Assembly (NCBI GenBank): GCA_902774015.1 | Contig: CACYHB010000004.1 | Span: 20,299-84,298 of the forward strand | Source: Oscillospiraceae bacterium | GTDB lineage: Bacteria; Bacillota; Clostridia; Oscillospirales; Oscillospiraceae | DNA length: 64,000 nt | Direction of reading: 5' to 3' | Shown here: in pieces, positions 18,430 through 27,105 of the stretch | How the letters are laid out: every line of letters starts with the position of its first letter | How positions within the stretch are numbered: position 1 is the stretch's first letter | Notes under the pieces: model-generated | Database searches by the model: none | Told to the model about the DNA's origin: nothing | What the model saw: the letters and a program-made list of their open reading frames with translations, nothing else | Position numbers and translations under genes: made by a program

Positions 18430-21400
18430 TTACATTTCAAAAAAGCTGATCTGGCTGGTGTCCGGCATATCGCCCAGGGCGCCCATGCTCTTGAGCTGCT
18501 CCAGGTGGCTGGAGGATACCTTGGGGCAGACCCGGTTGAGTTCCTCGATGGAAATGAACTGCTGCCCGGATTTTCCGGCCGCCGCCAGGTCCAGCGCCGC
18601 CGTCTCTCCCAGGCCGGAGATAGCCACGAAGGGCGGGCGGAGCCTGCCGTCGTCGGTGATGAGGAATCTGGCCGCGTCGGACCGGTACAGGTCGATGGGC
18701 GCAAACTCGAAGCCGCGCATGTTGAACTCGTACACCGCCTCCAGCGTCACCTGCAGATCCTCCTCGTTGGCGGTCAGGTCGCCGCGGCGCTTGAACTCGT
18801 TGAGCTTCCTGCGCACGCTCTCGGTGCCGCCGGTCATCATGGCCGCGTCGAAGCCGCCCTTCTGGCTGCGCCGGTAGAAATAGGCGCTGTAGAAGGCCAG
18901 GGGCTCGTGCACCTTGAACCAGGCGATGCGGAAGGCCATCATCACGTAGGCCACCGCGTGGGCCTTCGGGAAGAGGTAGGCGATCTTGCGGGCCGATTCG
19001 ATCCACCAGTCCGGCACGCCCATGGCGCGCATCTGCTCCTCGGCGTCGCCGGGGAACTCCCCGCTCTTCTTGACCTTGCCCTTGCGCACCGCCTCCATGG
19101 TCTTGAAGGCCAGCGCGGGCTTCATGCCCTTCTGGATCAGATAGATCATGATGTCGTCGCGGCAGCCGATGGTCTCATTGACGTCGGCGATGCCGTTTAC
19201 GATCAAATCGTGGATGTTGCCGGCCCACACGTCGGTGCCGTGGGAGAAGCCGGAGAGGCGCACCAGAGTATCGAACTGCCGGGGTTGGGTGTCCACCAGC
19301 ATCTGGCGGGTGAAGGGGGTGCCGAACTCGGGCACGCCGATGGAGCCGGTCTTGCCGATGATGGGGTCGTCATCCGGCAGGCCGAGCGCGGCAGGGCTTG
19401 TGAAGATGGACATGGTCTCCGGATCGGACAGGGAGATCTGCTTTGCGTCCACGCCGGTCATGTCCTCCATCATGCGGATCATGGTGGGGTCATCGTGGCC
19501 CAGCTCGTCCAGCTTGAGGAGGTTTGCCTCCATGCAGTGGTATTCGAAATGCGTCGTGATAATATCGCTGTTGGGGTCGTCCGCCGGGTGCTGCACCGGG
19601 CAGAAGTCGGTCACGTCCATATCCTGGGGGATGACGACGAGTCCCCCCGGGTGCTGGCCCGTCGTGCGCTTGATGCCCACGAGGCCTTGGGCCAGGCGGT
19701 TTTCCTCTGCCTTGGTGGCGGTGATGCCCCGCTCCTCCAGGTATTTCTTTACGTAGCCGTAGGCAGTTTTCTCCGCCAGCGTCCCGATGGTTCCGGCGCG
19801 GAACACATGGTCCGAGCCGAAGAGCACTTCGGTATACTTATGGGCCTTGGCCTGGTATTCACCGGAGAAGTTCAGATCGATATCGGGGGTCTTTTCGTTG
19901 CCCGGGAAGCCCAGGAAGGTCTCAAAGGGGATGTCGAAGCCCTCCCGGTTCATGCGCGTGCCGCAGTCGGGGCAGTCCTTCTCCGGCATGTCAGCGCCGC
20001 AGCCGTAGCTGCCGTCGGTGATGAATTCCGAGCGCCGGCACTTGGGGCAGACGTAGTGGGGCGGGAGGGAGTTGACCTCCGTGATGCCGGACATATAGGC
20101 CACGATGGAGGAACCCACACTGCCCCGGCTGCCCACCAGATAGCCGTGCTCCAGGGAGTTCTGCACCAGCTTCTGGGCGGACATGTAGATCACGTCGTAG
20201 TTGTGGTCAAGGATGGTGTTGAGCTCGGTGTCCACCCGCTCCTGTACGATCTGCGGCGGGTTTTCGCCGTAGATGCGGTGCATCTTGCCGTAGACCAGGT
20301 CGCGCAGATCCCGGGCGGAGTTTTCGATCCTGGGCGGGAACAGCTCCTTCGGCAGCAGCTCGATCTCCTCCACCTGATCGGCGATGGCCCGGGTGTTGGT
20401 GACCACCACTTCGTAGGCGGTCTCCTTCCCCAGATACTCGAACTCCCTGAGCATCTCGTCGGTGGTGCGGAAGAAGATGGGGCAGTCCCGATCCGCGTCG
20501 GAGAACTTCTTAGCCGCCTGCAGGATCTTGCGGTACTGCTCGTCCTCGGCGTCGAGGAAGTGCACGTCGCTGGCCGCGATGACGGGCTTCCCCAGCTTCC
20601 GCCCCAGCTCCAGGATCGTGCGGTTGTAGTCCTGCAGCACCTTCTCGTCCTTGACGCGGCCGTTTTCGATGAGGAAGGCGTTGTTGCAGATGGGCTGGAT
20701 CTCCAGATAGTCGTAATAGGAGGCGATCTTCTCCAGTTCTTTCTGGCTCTCGCCGGTCATGACCGCGCCGTAGAGCTCGCCCATGCCGCAGGCGGAGCCC
20801 ACCAGGATGCCCTCCCGGTGCTGATTGAGAAGGCTCTTCGGCACGGTGGGGACCCGATGGAAATACTTCAGATAGGACTGGGAGATCATCTCGTAGAGAT
20901 TTTTGAGTCCTTTCCGGTTCAGCACCAGCAGGATCATGTGGTGGGTCTTGGCCACGTCGGTGCGCTTTAAGCGGTGGTAGACCTCCTCGATCCCGTCCAG
21001 GTCCTTTGCGCCCTGGGCGCGCAGCATGGGCAGGAATTTGTCCATCATGCGGGCCACCACCATGGCGTCGTCCGAGGCGCGGTGATGGTTGAACTGCGGC
21101 AGCCCCAGGTGGTTGGAGACGATGTCCAGCTTGAAGCGCTTGAGCTCCGGCAGCAGGGCCTGACTCAGGGCGAGGGTGTCGAGAAAAACGGGAGAAAATT
21201 TGAGTCCGTTTCTGAGAGCCGCCGCCGTCATGAAGCCCACGTCGAAATGGGCGTTGTGGGCGATGAGCGGCCGGTCTCCGGCGTAGGCCATGAACATCTC
21301 CATGGCCTCCTTTTCCAGCGGCGCGTCCTTCACGTCGCTGTCCCGGATGCCGGTCAGCTCCGTGATGTTGGCCGGGATGGGCTTCCGGGGGTTGACGAAG

Positions 21401-22431
21401 GTGTTGAAGGTACTCTTGATCTCGCCGCCCGAGAAGATCACCGCGCCGATCTCGGTCATGCGGTCGTTCTGGGCGTTGAGGCCGGTGGTCTCGATGTCGA
21501 AGGCCACGAACTCCGTGTCCAGCGGCAGCCGGGATTTGCCGATGACGGCGGCGTTGCCGTCCATGTCGTTGACGAAGTAGGCCTCCATGCCGTAGATGAT
21601 CTTGACGCCGTACTTTTTGCCCGCCTTCCACATGTCCGGAAAGGCCTGGGCCACGCCGTGGTCGGTGACGGCGATGGCCGGCATGCCCCAGTCCGCCGCC
21701 CGCTTGACCGCGGCGGCAGGATCGGTCAGCGCATCCAGCGCCGAGAAGCGGGTATGCAGATGCAGCTCCACGCGCTTTTCCTCCGCCCTGTCCGGCCGGA
21801 GGCAGCGCTTGGACTTCATGATGTTGCGCGGCTCGAGCACCATGTCGTTGTCGTACTTGGACCAGACGATCTCGCCCTGCACGGTGAGGTGGTCTCCCGC
21901 GCCGATCCGGTCGATGATGCCCTTGTCGTCGTCCGAGCGCAGAAAGCGCGTCACGGAGACGGAGTTTGTGCGGTCGGTCAGGTCAAAGGCCAGCACCGCG
22001 CCGCCGTTGCGGGTGGAGCGGCTGGTGACCGTCACCACGTCGCCCTCCACGGTTACCTTGCCGGATTCCAGTGTCAGCGTGTTCATGGGCACGGGCTTCT
22101 GCCGGATGGCGCGGCCGTAGAGCACGTCGCCCTTCGGCCCGTCGCCGCCCTGGGGCGGAGCGCCGAAGCTTGCCGTCGCCGCGGTCTTCGGACGCGGGTA
22201 CTCCGGCACGATGCTCACGCGCTTCAAGCCGTAGTCGGCCCGCAGCCGCTCCGAGAGCGCCGTGATGTCCACCGGCGAGGGCATGGCGGCAAAGTGGGCG
22301 CAGACCGTGAGCGTCAACTCCCGCGCGTCCACCTGCACGTCGGTGACCCAGGCCAGTTCCAGGCCGCCGGCGATGCCTCCGATGTCCTCACAGCCGGGGA
22401 ATATGGTCAAAAACGGGGTGTTGTCTGTCAT
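18430..22431 (-). CDS. polC: DNA polymerase III alpha subunit, PolC type
   Basis: About 1330 aa. Embedded 3'-5' exonuclease (FVAFDIETTGL...AHNAHFDVGF), a PHP domain (VELHLHTRFS) and a polymerase core. Start at the ATG at 22431 (MTDNTPFLTIF). Confidence 0.95.
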   Translation of the reverse strand: MTDNTPFLTIFPGCEDIGGIAGGLELAWVTDVQVDARELTLTVCAHFAAMPSPVDITALSERLRADYGLKRVSIVPEYPRPKTAATASFGAPPQGGDGPKGDVLYGRAIRQKPVPMNTLTLESGKVTVEGDVVTVTSRSTRNGGAVLAFDLTDRTNSVSVTRFLRSDDDKGIIDRIGAGDHLTVQGEIVWSKYDNDMVLEPRNIMKSKRCLRPDRAEEKRVELHLHTRFSALDALTDPAAAVKRAADWGMPAIAVTDHGVAQAFPDMWKAGKKYGVKIIYGMEAYFVNDMDGNAAVIGKSRLPLDTEFVAFDIETTGLNAQNDRMTEIGAVIFSGGEIKSTFNTFVNPRKPIPANITELTGIRDSDVKDAPLEKEAMEMFMAYAGDRPLIAHNAHFDVGFMTAAALRNGLKFSPVFLDTLALSQALLPELKRFKLDIVSNHLGLPQFNHHRASDDAMVVARMMDKFLPMLRAQGAKDLDGIEEVYHRLKRTDVAKTHHMILLVLNRKGLKNLYEMISQSYLKYFHRVPTVPKSLLNQHREGILVGSACGMGELYGAVMTGESQKELEKIASYYDYLEIQPICNNAFLIENGRVKDEKVLQDYNRTILELGRKLGKPVIAASDVHFLDAEDEQYRKILQAAKKFSDADRDCPIFFRTTDEMLREFEYLGKETAYEVVVTNTRAIADQVEEIELLPKELFPPRIENSARDLRDLVYGKMHRIYGENPPQIVQERVDTELNTILDHNYDVIYMSAQKLVQNSLEHGYLVGSRGSVGSSIVAYMSGITEVNSLPPHYVCPKCRRSEFITDGSYGCGADMPEKDCPDCGTRMNREGFDIPFETFLGFPGNEKTPDIDLNFSGEYQAKAHKYTEVLFGSDHVFRAGTIGTLAEKTAYGYVKKYLEERGITATKAEENRLAQGLVGIKRTTGQHPGGLVVIPQDMDVTDFCPVQHPADDPNSDIITTHFEYHCMEANLLKLDELGHDDPTMIRMMEDMTGVDAKQISLSDPETMSIFTSPAALGLPDDDPIIGKTGSIGVPEFGTPFTRQMLVDTQPRQFDTLVRLSGFSHGTDVWAGNIHDLIVNGIADVNETIGCRDDIMIYLIQKGMKPALAFKTMEAVRKGKVKKSGEFPGDAEEQMRAMGVPDWWIESARKIAYLFPKAHAVAYVMMAFRIAWFKVHEPLAFYSAYFYRRSQKGGFDAAMMTGGTESVRRKLNEFKRRGDLTANEEDLQVTLEAVYEFNMRGFEFAPIDLYRSDAARFLITDDGRLRPPFVAISGLGETAALDLAAAGKSGQQFISIEELNRVCPKVSSSHLEQLKSMGALGDMPDTSQISFFEM

Positions 22432-22452
22432 ATTACATAAACCTTCCAATTT

Positions 22453-22502
22453 GGCTCCCCTGCGCAAGGGGAGCTGTCAGCCGCAGGGCTGACTGAGGGG
22501 TC
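22453..22502 (-). repeat. REP-like two-hairpin intergenic element, copy 1 (between ispG and polC)
   Basis: ggctcccctgcgcaaggggagctgtcagccgcagggctgactgaggggtc. Hairpin 1 is GCTCCCCT/AGGGGAGC, hairpin 2 is GTCAGCC/GGCTGAC, and the tail is TGAGGGGTC. The related copy is at 49569-49614. Confidence 0.85.
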
Positions 22503-22563
22503 GTTCCGATCTGCACAGTTTCTTTGCCTTTCCTTCGTTCATTCGCCTGCATGCGGAGGGTTA

Positions 22564-23619
22564 TCATTTTTCACTCTCGATCAGTTCCATCAGCTTTTCG
22601 CAGAGCCGGTCATAGTCATAGGTACCCAGGACCTGGCCCTTCCTGAACAGCAGGCCCTTGTCCTTGCCGCCGGCGATGCCGTAGTCTGCCTCCCGCGCCT
22701 CTCCGGGGCCGTTGACCACGCAGCCCATCACGGCCACGGTGATGTCCCGGTCGAGGTTTCTCACCAGGCCCTCCACCTTCGTGGCAAGGCCGATCAGGTC
22801 GATCTCCGTCCGGCCGCAGGTGGGGCAGGAGACGAACTTCACGCCGCCGCGGCGCAGCCCCGCCGCTTTCAGGATGGCGATGCCCGCGGAGACCTCCTTC
22901 ACGGGGTCCGCCGTCAGGGAGACGCGGATGGTGTTGCCGATGCCCTCGTTCAAGAGCGTGCCGATCCCCACGGCGGACTGGATGGTGCCGTTCCACTCGG
23001 TGCCGGTCTCGGTGACGCCCAGGTGCAGCGGCCAGGGAAAAACCTCCGCCGCCATGCGGTAGGCCGCCACGGTCAGCGGCACGGTGGAGGATTTGAGGGA
23101 CAGGCAGATGTCCTCAAAGCCGAACTTCGTCAGCAGCTCCGCGTGGCCCTGCGCGCTATCCACCATGGCCTCCGGGCAGGGGTGGCCGTACTTTTCCAGC
23201 AGCCGCTTTTCCAGCGATCCGGCGTTGACGCCGATTCGGATGGGGATGTTTCTGGCGCGGCAGGCGTCCGCTACGGCCTTTACGTTCTCCTCGCCGCCGA
23301 TGTTTCCGGGGTTGATGCGGATCTTGTCGATGCCGCGCTCGGCGCAGAGAAGCGCCAGTCTGTAGTCAAAGTGGATATCCGCCACCAGCGGCACGTCCAC
23401 CCGCTCCTTGATTTTGTCGATGGCCAGAGCCGCCCGGGTGTCGGGCACCGCCAGACGTACGATCTCGCAGCCTGCGGCGCGCAGCTCCCTGATCTGCCGG
23501 ACCGTGGCCTCCACGTCCCAGGTCTTGGTGTTGCACATGGACTGCACCGTCACCGGCGCGCTCCCGCCGAGGCGCAGGCTCCCCACTTTGATCTCTCTGG
23601 TCATATCCCGTGTATACAT
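22564..23619 (-). CDS. ispG: 4-hydroxy-3-methylbut-2-en-1-yl diphosphate synthase (flavodoxin)
   Basis: MYTRDMTREIKVGSLRLGG...VQSMCNT...RINPGNIG...FVSCPTCGR. Start set at 23619 (ORF extends to 23691). Confidence 0.95.
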   Translation of the reverse strand: MYTRDMTREIKVGSLRLGGSAPVTVQSMCNTKTWDVEATVRQIRELRAAGCEIVRLAVPDTRAALAIDKIKERVDVPLVADIHFDYRLALLCAERGIDKIRINPGNIGGEENVKAVADACRARNIPIRIGVNAGSLEKRLLEKYGHPCPEAMVDSAQGHAELLTKFGFEDICLSLKSSTVPLTVAAYRMAAEVFPWPLHLGVTETGTEWNGTIQSAVGIGTLLNEGIGNTIRVSLTADPVKEVSAGIAILKAAGLRRGGVKFVSCPTCGRTEIDLIGLATKVEGLVRNLDRDITVAVMGCVVNGPGEAREADYGIAGGKDKGLLFRKGQVLGTYDYDRLCEKLMELIESEK

Positions 23620-23655
23620 GGCATTCCGCTCCTGTGCTTTATTTTCTGAATGTAT

Positions 23656-23685
23656 AGTATAGCACACTCTCCATCCGTCCGACAA
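23656..23685 (-). promoter_or_regulatory. sigma-A type promoter with extended -10, for ispG (and polC)
   Basis: Reverse strand reads TTGTCG (23685-23680), an 18-nt spacer ending in TGC, then TATACT (23661-23656). Confidence 0.45.
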
Positions 23686-23714
23686 GCACAAAAGCAGGCC
23701 GCCGCTTTTCCGGG

Positions 23715-23779
23715 GAAGAAAAAGAAAAAGGCACAGACGATCAAGCGGCGGGGAAAGCCCCGCCGCTTGATCGTCTGTG
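23715..23779 (-). terminator. rho-independent terminator after the large binding-protein gene
   Basis: Perfect 22-bp stem CACAGACGATCAAGCGGCGGGG-CTTT-CCCCGCCGCTTGATCGTCTGTG. On the reverse strand it is followed by CCTTTTTCTTTTTCTTCC. Confidence 0.85.
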
Positions 23780-23791
23780 TCATTTTTGACC

Positions 23792-26203
23792 TTATCGCTG
23801 TTCGTTGACGTAGATGTTGGCCTTGCTCTGCACCAGGCGGGCGACTTCCTCCGGGGCCTTCTGGCCGGCGAAGTAGGCCGCAGCCTGTTCCTGCACGATC
23901 CCCAGGATGGCCTCGTTCTGATCCATGACCTTGGTGGTGGTGTCGATCAGGTTCCGGAGCTTTTCCGCCTGCTTTTCGCTCAGGGCGTAGATCTCGTAGG
24001 TGGTGCCGTCGCCGAAGCCGACGCCGCCGCGGGAGATCTCGATCTTCTCCCCGTTTTCGTCCAGCAGGTAATTGCCGTTTTCGTCCTTCATATACTCGGG
24101 CGTCATGGCTTCCTTCAGCTTCTCCTCAAACACGTCCTTGCGCACGGGCAGGCCGTAGAGCGCGCTCTGGTAATCCTTGCTTAGGACGCTGCGCATAAAC
24201 TCCCAGGCGGCCTCCTTGTTGGCACAGCTCGCGCTCATGGCGTAGGCGCCGTCGGCGAGATAGAGCATGTTGCCGATGCCGTTGTTGGTGGGCCAGCCGA
24301 TATAAGTGCTGTCGCCGCCGAAGTACATGTCGTTATAGAGTACGTCGTCGATGCTGTAGATGCCGCTCTGCATCAGCATCTGGCGGCCCTGGGCGATACG
24401 GGTCTGGCTGCTCTCGTCGGGGGTCCACTCGTAGTTGTTCCAGTCGAAGTCGGCCAGGAAGGAGTTGGCAAACACCAGAATGTCCACAAACTCCTGGCTG
24501 TCGAAGCTGCACTTGCCGGTGCTCCAGTCCACAAAGTCGTTCATATCCAGGCTCAGCAGATAGTTGAGCACGGCGTCGCGGGTGGTGTACTGATCCAGCG
24601 GGGTGCAGCCCTCGGGCATGGAAGCCAGGGCCTCGCGGAACTGCTCATAGTTCCAGCCCGGCTCCTCCCCCACCACGGAGGGAGCGCCGATCAGGCTCTG
24701 GATGGAAAAGCTGGGGCAGATGCGGTAGAGACCGCCGTTGAGCTCCATGGCCTTGAGCACCGTGGGGAAGAGATCGTCCCGGCTCAGTTCGGGGTCCGCG
24801 TCCAGATAGGGGTAGAGGTCCTCCAGAAGGCCCTTGCCCGCCAGCTGGCTGTAGGGCAGGCCGTTGAGAGACAGGATGTCGGGGAGCTTGCCGGAGAGGA
24901 TCTCGGTGGTGAGCTTGGTCTGTCCCGCGGAGTAATCGTCCTCGGTGTTGTACTCGGAGTAGTCGCGCAGCTCGATGCGGACGCTGTCGCTCTTGCGGTT
25001 GAACTCGATGAGGCGGTCGCTCATGTCGTAATCAAGATACATGACGGCCATGGTCAGGGTCTGCTTGGGGGGCAGGGAGTCCGCCGGGACGCGGGAGAGG
25101 GTCACGAACTCGGTGTCGCTCTTCTCCCCGCGGTTGTTGCTCATTACGCCGGTGATGGTGCCGTCCGGCTGGATGTTGAGGCCGTTCATGTAGTCGCCGT
25201 TGATGTCGCAGTTGATCCAGTTGAGGATCTTCTCGCTCTCGCCGGTCTCCAGCTTGACGCCGTAGAGGTTGGAGCCGCTGCGGAAGCAGAGATCATAGTC
25301 CCCGCCGCCGGGCAGCAGGTCGTAGGCGTTGCCGGGCAGGCTCACCTGCTCGCCCAGCGTGCCGTTCTCTGTGTCGACGAGCAGGAGGGACATCCCATTG
25401 TCGCCCCAGCAGGTCACGCCTGTGCGTCCGTCCTTGAGGCGGACGATGCTGTTGAGATATTCGTCGCTCTCGATCTCATAGGCGACGCTGCCGTCCGGCG
25501 CCACGCCCAGCAGGATCATGTCGGCCGGGACCAGGGCGTTGCCTTTGTCGTCCAGATACAGGCTGCTGATGTTGAAATAGGTATCCTCGCCCACGGGGTA
25601 ATCCAGGAGGCTGGTGCTGATCTCGCTGCCGTCCGTATCCAGGATGCGCACGTAGTAGCTGCGCTCATAGCGCCACTTGTCCCAGGCGGTGTCGTTCTGC
25701 ATCTCCTCGCGGCTGCCGTCAAACCAGCTGACGTAGACCTGCTCGATGTCCATGAGCTTTCCCTCCGGCGTCAGGCAGATGCCCAGGAGGTCGGAGCCGG
25801 TGCTGTAGTCCGTGCGCCCCTCGGTATCCTCCGGGCCGGCCACGGGCTGATAGGCGTCAAGCTTTTTCAGCTTGCCGTCCTTGGAGACAAAGTAGAGGGA
25901 CGAGCCGTAAATGTCCAGCTGGCCATCGTATTCCAGGATCTCGCCCTCGTTGGGTTCCCGCTCGCCCACCTTCTCGTAGGAGCTGGCATAAAAGCCGTCC
26001 TCGGTGTAGGCGCGGGGATTGAGATAGCCGTCCTTTGGCGTCTCGATGGGCCGGAAGTCGGCCTTGTACACATAGTCTGTGACGGTGGCCTCATTGTCCT
26101 TGTTCTCGGGCGTCTCGCTCTTCCCGCTGCCGCAGGCAGCGAGACTCAGCGCCATGGCCAGGACCAGAAGCCCGCACAGCAGGGAGCGGATGTTTTTCTT
26201 CAT
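23792..26203 (-). CDS. large extracellular solute-binding lipoprotein: about 400-aa N-terminal repeat/propeller-like region plus a family 1 SBP domain
   Basis: Lipobox MKKNIRSLLCGLLVLAMALSLAACGS. The C-terminal half is SBP-like (ILSGKLPDILSLNGLPYSQLAGKGLLEDLYPYL...). No permease or ATPase genes are adjacent. Confidence 0.75.
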   Translation of the reverse strand: MKKNIRSLLCGLLVLAMALSLAACGSGKSETPENKDNEATVTDYVYKADFRPIETPKDGYLNPRAYTEDGFYASSYEKVGEREPNEGEILEYDGQLDIYGSSLYFVSKDGKLKKLDAYQPVAGPEDTEGRTDYSTGSDLLGICLTPEGKLMDIEQVYVSWFDGSREEMQNDTAWDKWRYERSYYVRILDTDGSEISTSLLDYPVGEDTYFNISSLYLDDKGNALVPADMILLGVAPDGSVAYEIESDEYLNSIVRLKDGRTGVTCWGDNGMSLLLVDTENGTLGEQVSLPGNAYDLLPGGGDYDLCFRSGSNLYGVKLETGESEKILNWINCDINGDYMNGLNIQPDGTITGVMSNNRGEKSDTEFVTLSRVPADSLPPKQTLTMAVMYLDYDMSDRLIEFNRKSDSVRIELRDYSEYNTEDDYSAGQTKLTTEILSGKLPDILSLNGLPYSQLAGKGLLEDLYPYLDADPELSRDDLFPTVLKAMELNGGLYRICPSFSIQSLIGAPSVVGEEPGWNYEQFREALASMPEGCTPLDQYTTRDAVLNYLLSLDMNDFVDWSTGKCSFDSQEFVDILVFANSFLADFDWNNYEWTPDESSQTRIAQGRQMLMQSGIYSIDDVLYNDMYFGGDSTYIGWPTNNGIGNMLYLADGAYAMSASCANKEAAWEFMRSVLSKDYQSALYGLPVRKDVFEEKLKEAMTPEYMKDENGNYLLDENGEKIEISRGGVGFGDGTTYEIYALSEKQAEKLRNLIDTTTKVMDQNEAILGIVQEQAAAYFAGQKAPEEVARLVQSKANIYVNEQR

Positions 26204-26282
26204 ATCGTATCCTCCTGAGAGTTGAATGATCACGCGGAGATCTGCTCCGCAGTTGTCGTCACGGATGCGTCTTTTTCGGCGC

Positions 26283-26336
26283 GGCTGTATTATAGCACAT
26301 CATACAGCCCGTGTATCTTAAGAATCCTTAATTCTT
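26283..26336. promoter_or_regulatory. two palindromes in the divergent control region between the binding-protein gene and the two-component genes
   Basis: GGCTGTAT (26283-26290) pairs with ATACAGCC (26302-26309); together they flank a reverse-strand TGCTATAAT. AAGAAT (26320-26325) pairs with ATTCTT (26331-26336). Confidence 0.3.
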
Positions 26337-26346
26337 TCCCGGGGCG

Positions 26347-26375
26347 TTTGTTTCCTTGGAAAAATGTGATACAAT
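26347..26375 (+). promoter_or_regulatory. candidate promoter with extended -10, for the response regulator/kinase pair
   Basis: TTTGTT, a 17-nt spacer ending in TGA, then TACAAT (26370-26375). The -35 is weak. Confidence 0.4.
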
Positions 26376-26415
26376 AAGCGCACAAAAATCAGAAGAAACA
26401 ACGGAGGTGGCTGAC

Positions 26416-27105
26416 ATGGCCGCGCTGTCCCGTATTCTCATAGTAGATGACGATCCGGATATCCGGAACGTTCTCTCCCTGTTGCTGAAAGACAATTATT
26501 TTGTGGCGGAGGCTGCCGACGGGGCCGAGGCCGTGGCCTATATCCGCGCCAATCCCGACACCGATCTGGTGGTGCTGGACGTGATGATGCCCGGCATGGA
26601 CGGGCTGGAAACCTGCGCGAAGCTGCGTGAGACCTCCAACGCTCCCGTCCTCTTTCTCACGGCCAAGTCCGCCGAGCGGGATCGGGTCGCCGCCTATCAG
26701 AGCGGCGGGGACGATTTTCTGTCCAAGCCCTTTTCCCAGGCGGAGCTGATCGCCAAGATCTCTTCCCTCCTGCGCCGCTATCAGCAGTACCGGGGCAAGC
26801 CTGCCTCCACGCTGAACATCGAAGGGCTGGAGATCGACCTCTCCGCCCACAGCGTCAAGGCCATGGGCAGGCCGGTCACCCTGACGGACACGGAGTATGC
26901 GATTTTGGAGTATCTGGTAAAGAACCGGGGCAAGGTGGTCACCGCGGCGGAACTCTACGAGGCCGTCTGGGGCGAGAAGTTCCTCTCCGGCTCGGGCAAC
27001 ACGGTCATGGTGCACGTGCTGAACGTGCGCCGCAAGATCGAGGAGAACCCGTCCAAGCCGAAGATCCTGCGCACGGTCTGGGGAAGGGGTTATCAGATTG
27101 ACTGA
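26416..27105 (+). CDS. OmpR-family response regulator
   Basis: ATG at 26416 with GGAGG 8 nt upstream. Receiver domain ILIVDDDPD...DLVVLDVMMPGMDG. Winged helix ...LRTVWGRGYQID. Confidence 0.9.
   Translation: MAALSRILIVDDDPDIRNVLSLLLKDNYFVAEAADGAEAVAYIRANPDTDLVVLDVMMPGMDGLETCAKLRETSNAPVLFLTAKSAERDRVAAYQSGGDDFLSKPFSQAELIAKISSLLRRYQQYRGKPASTLNIEGLEIDLSAHSVKAMGRPVTLTDTEYAILEYLVKNRGKVVTAAELYEAVWGEKFLSGSGNTVMVHVLNVRRKIEENPSKPKILRTVWGRGYQID

Noticed and set aside
18403-20970. 855-aa forward-strand ORF
   Set aside because: It is antisense to polC, whose reading frame has unmistakable exonuclease, PHP and polymerase motifs. It is a shadow ORF.
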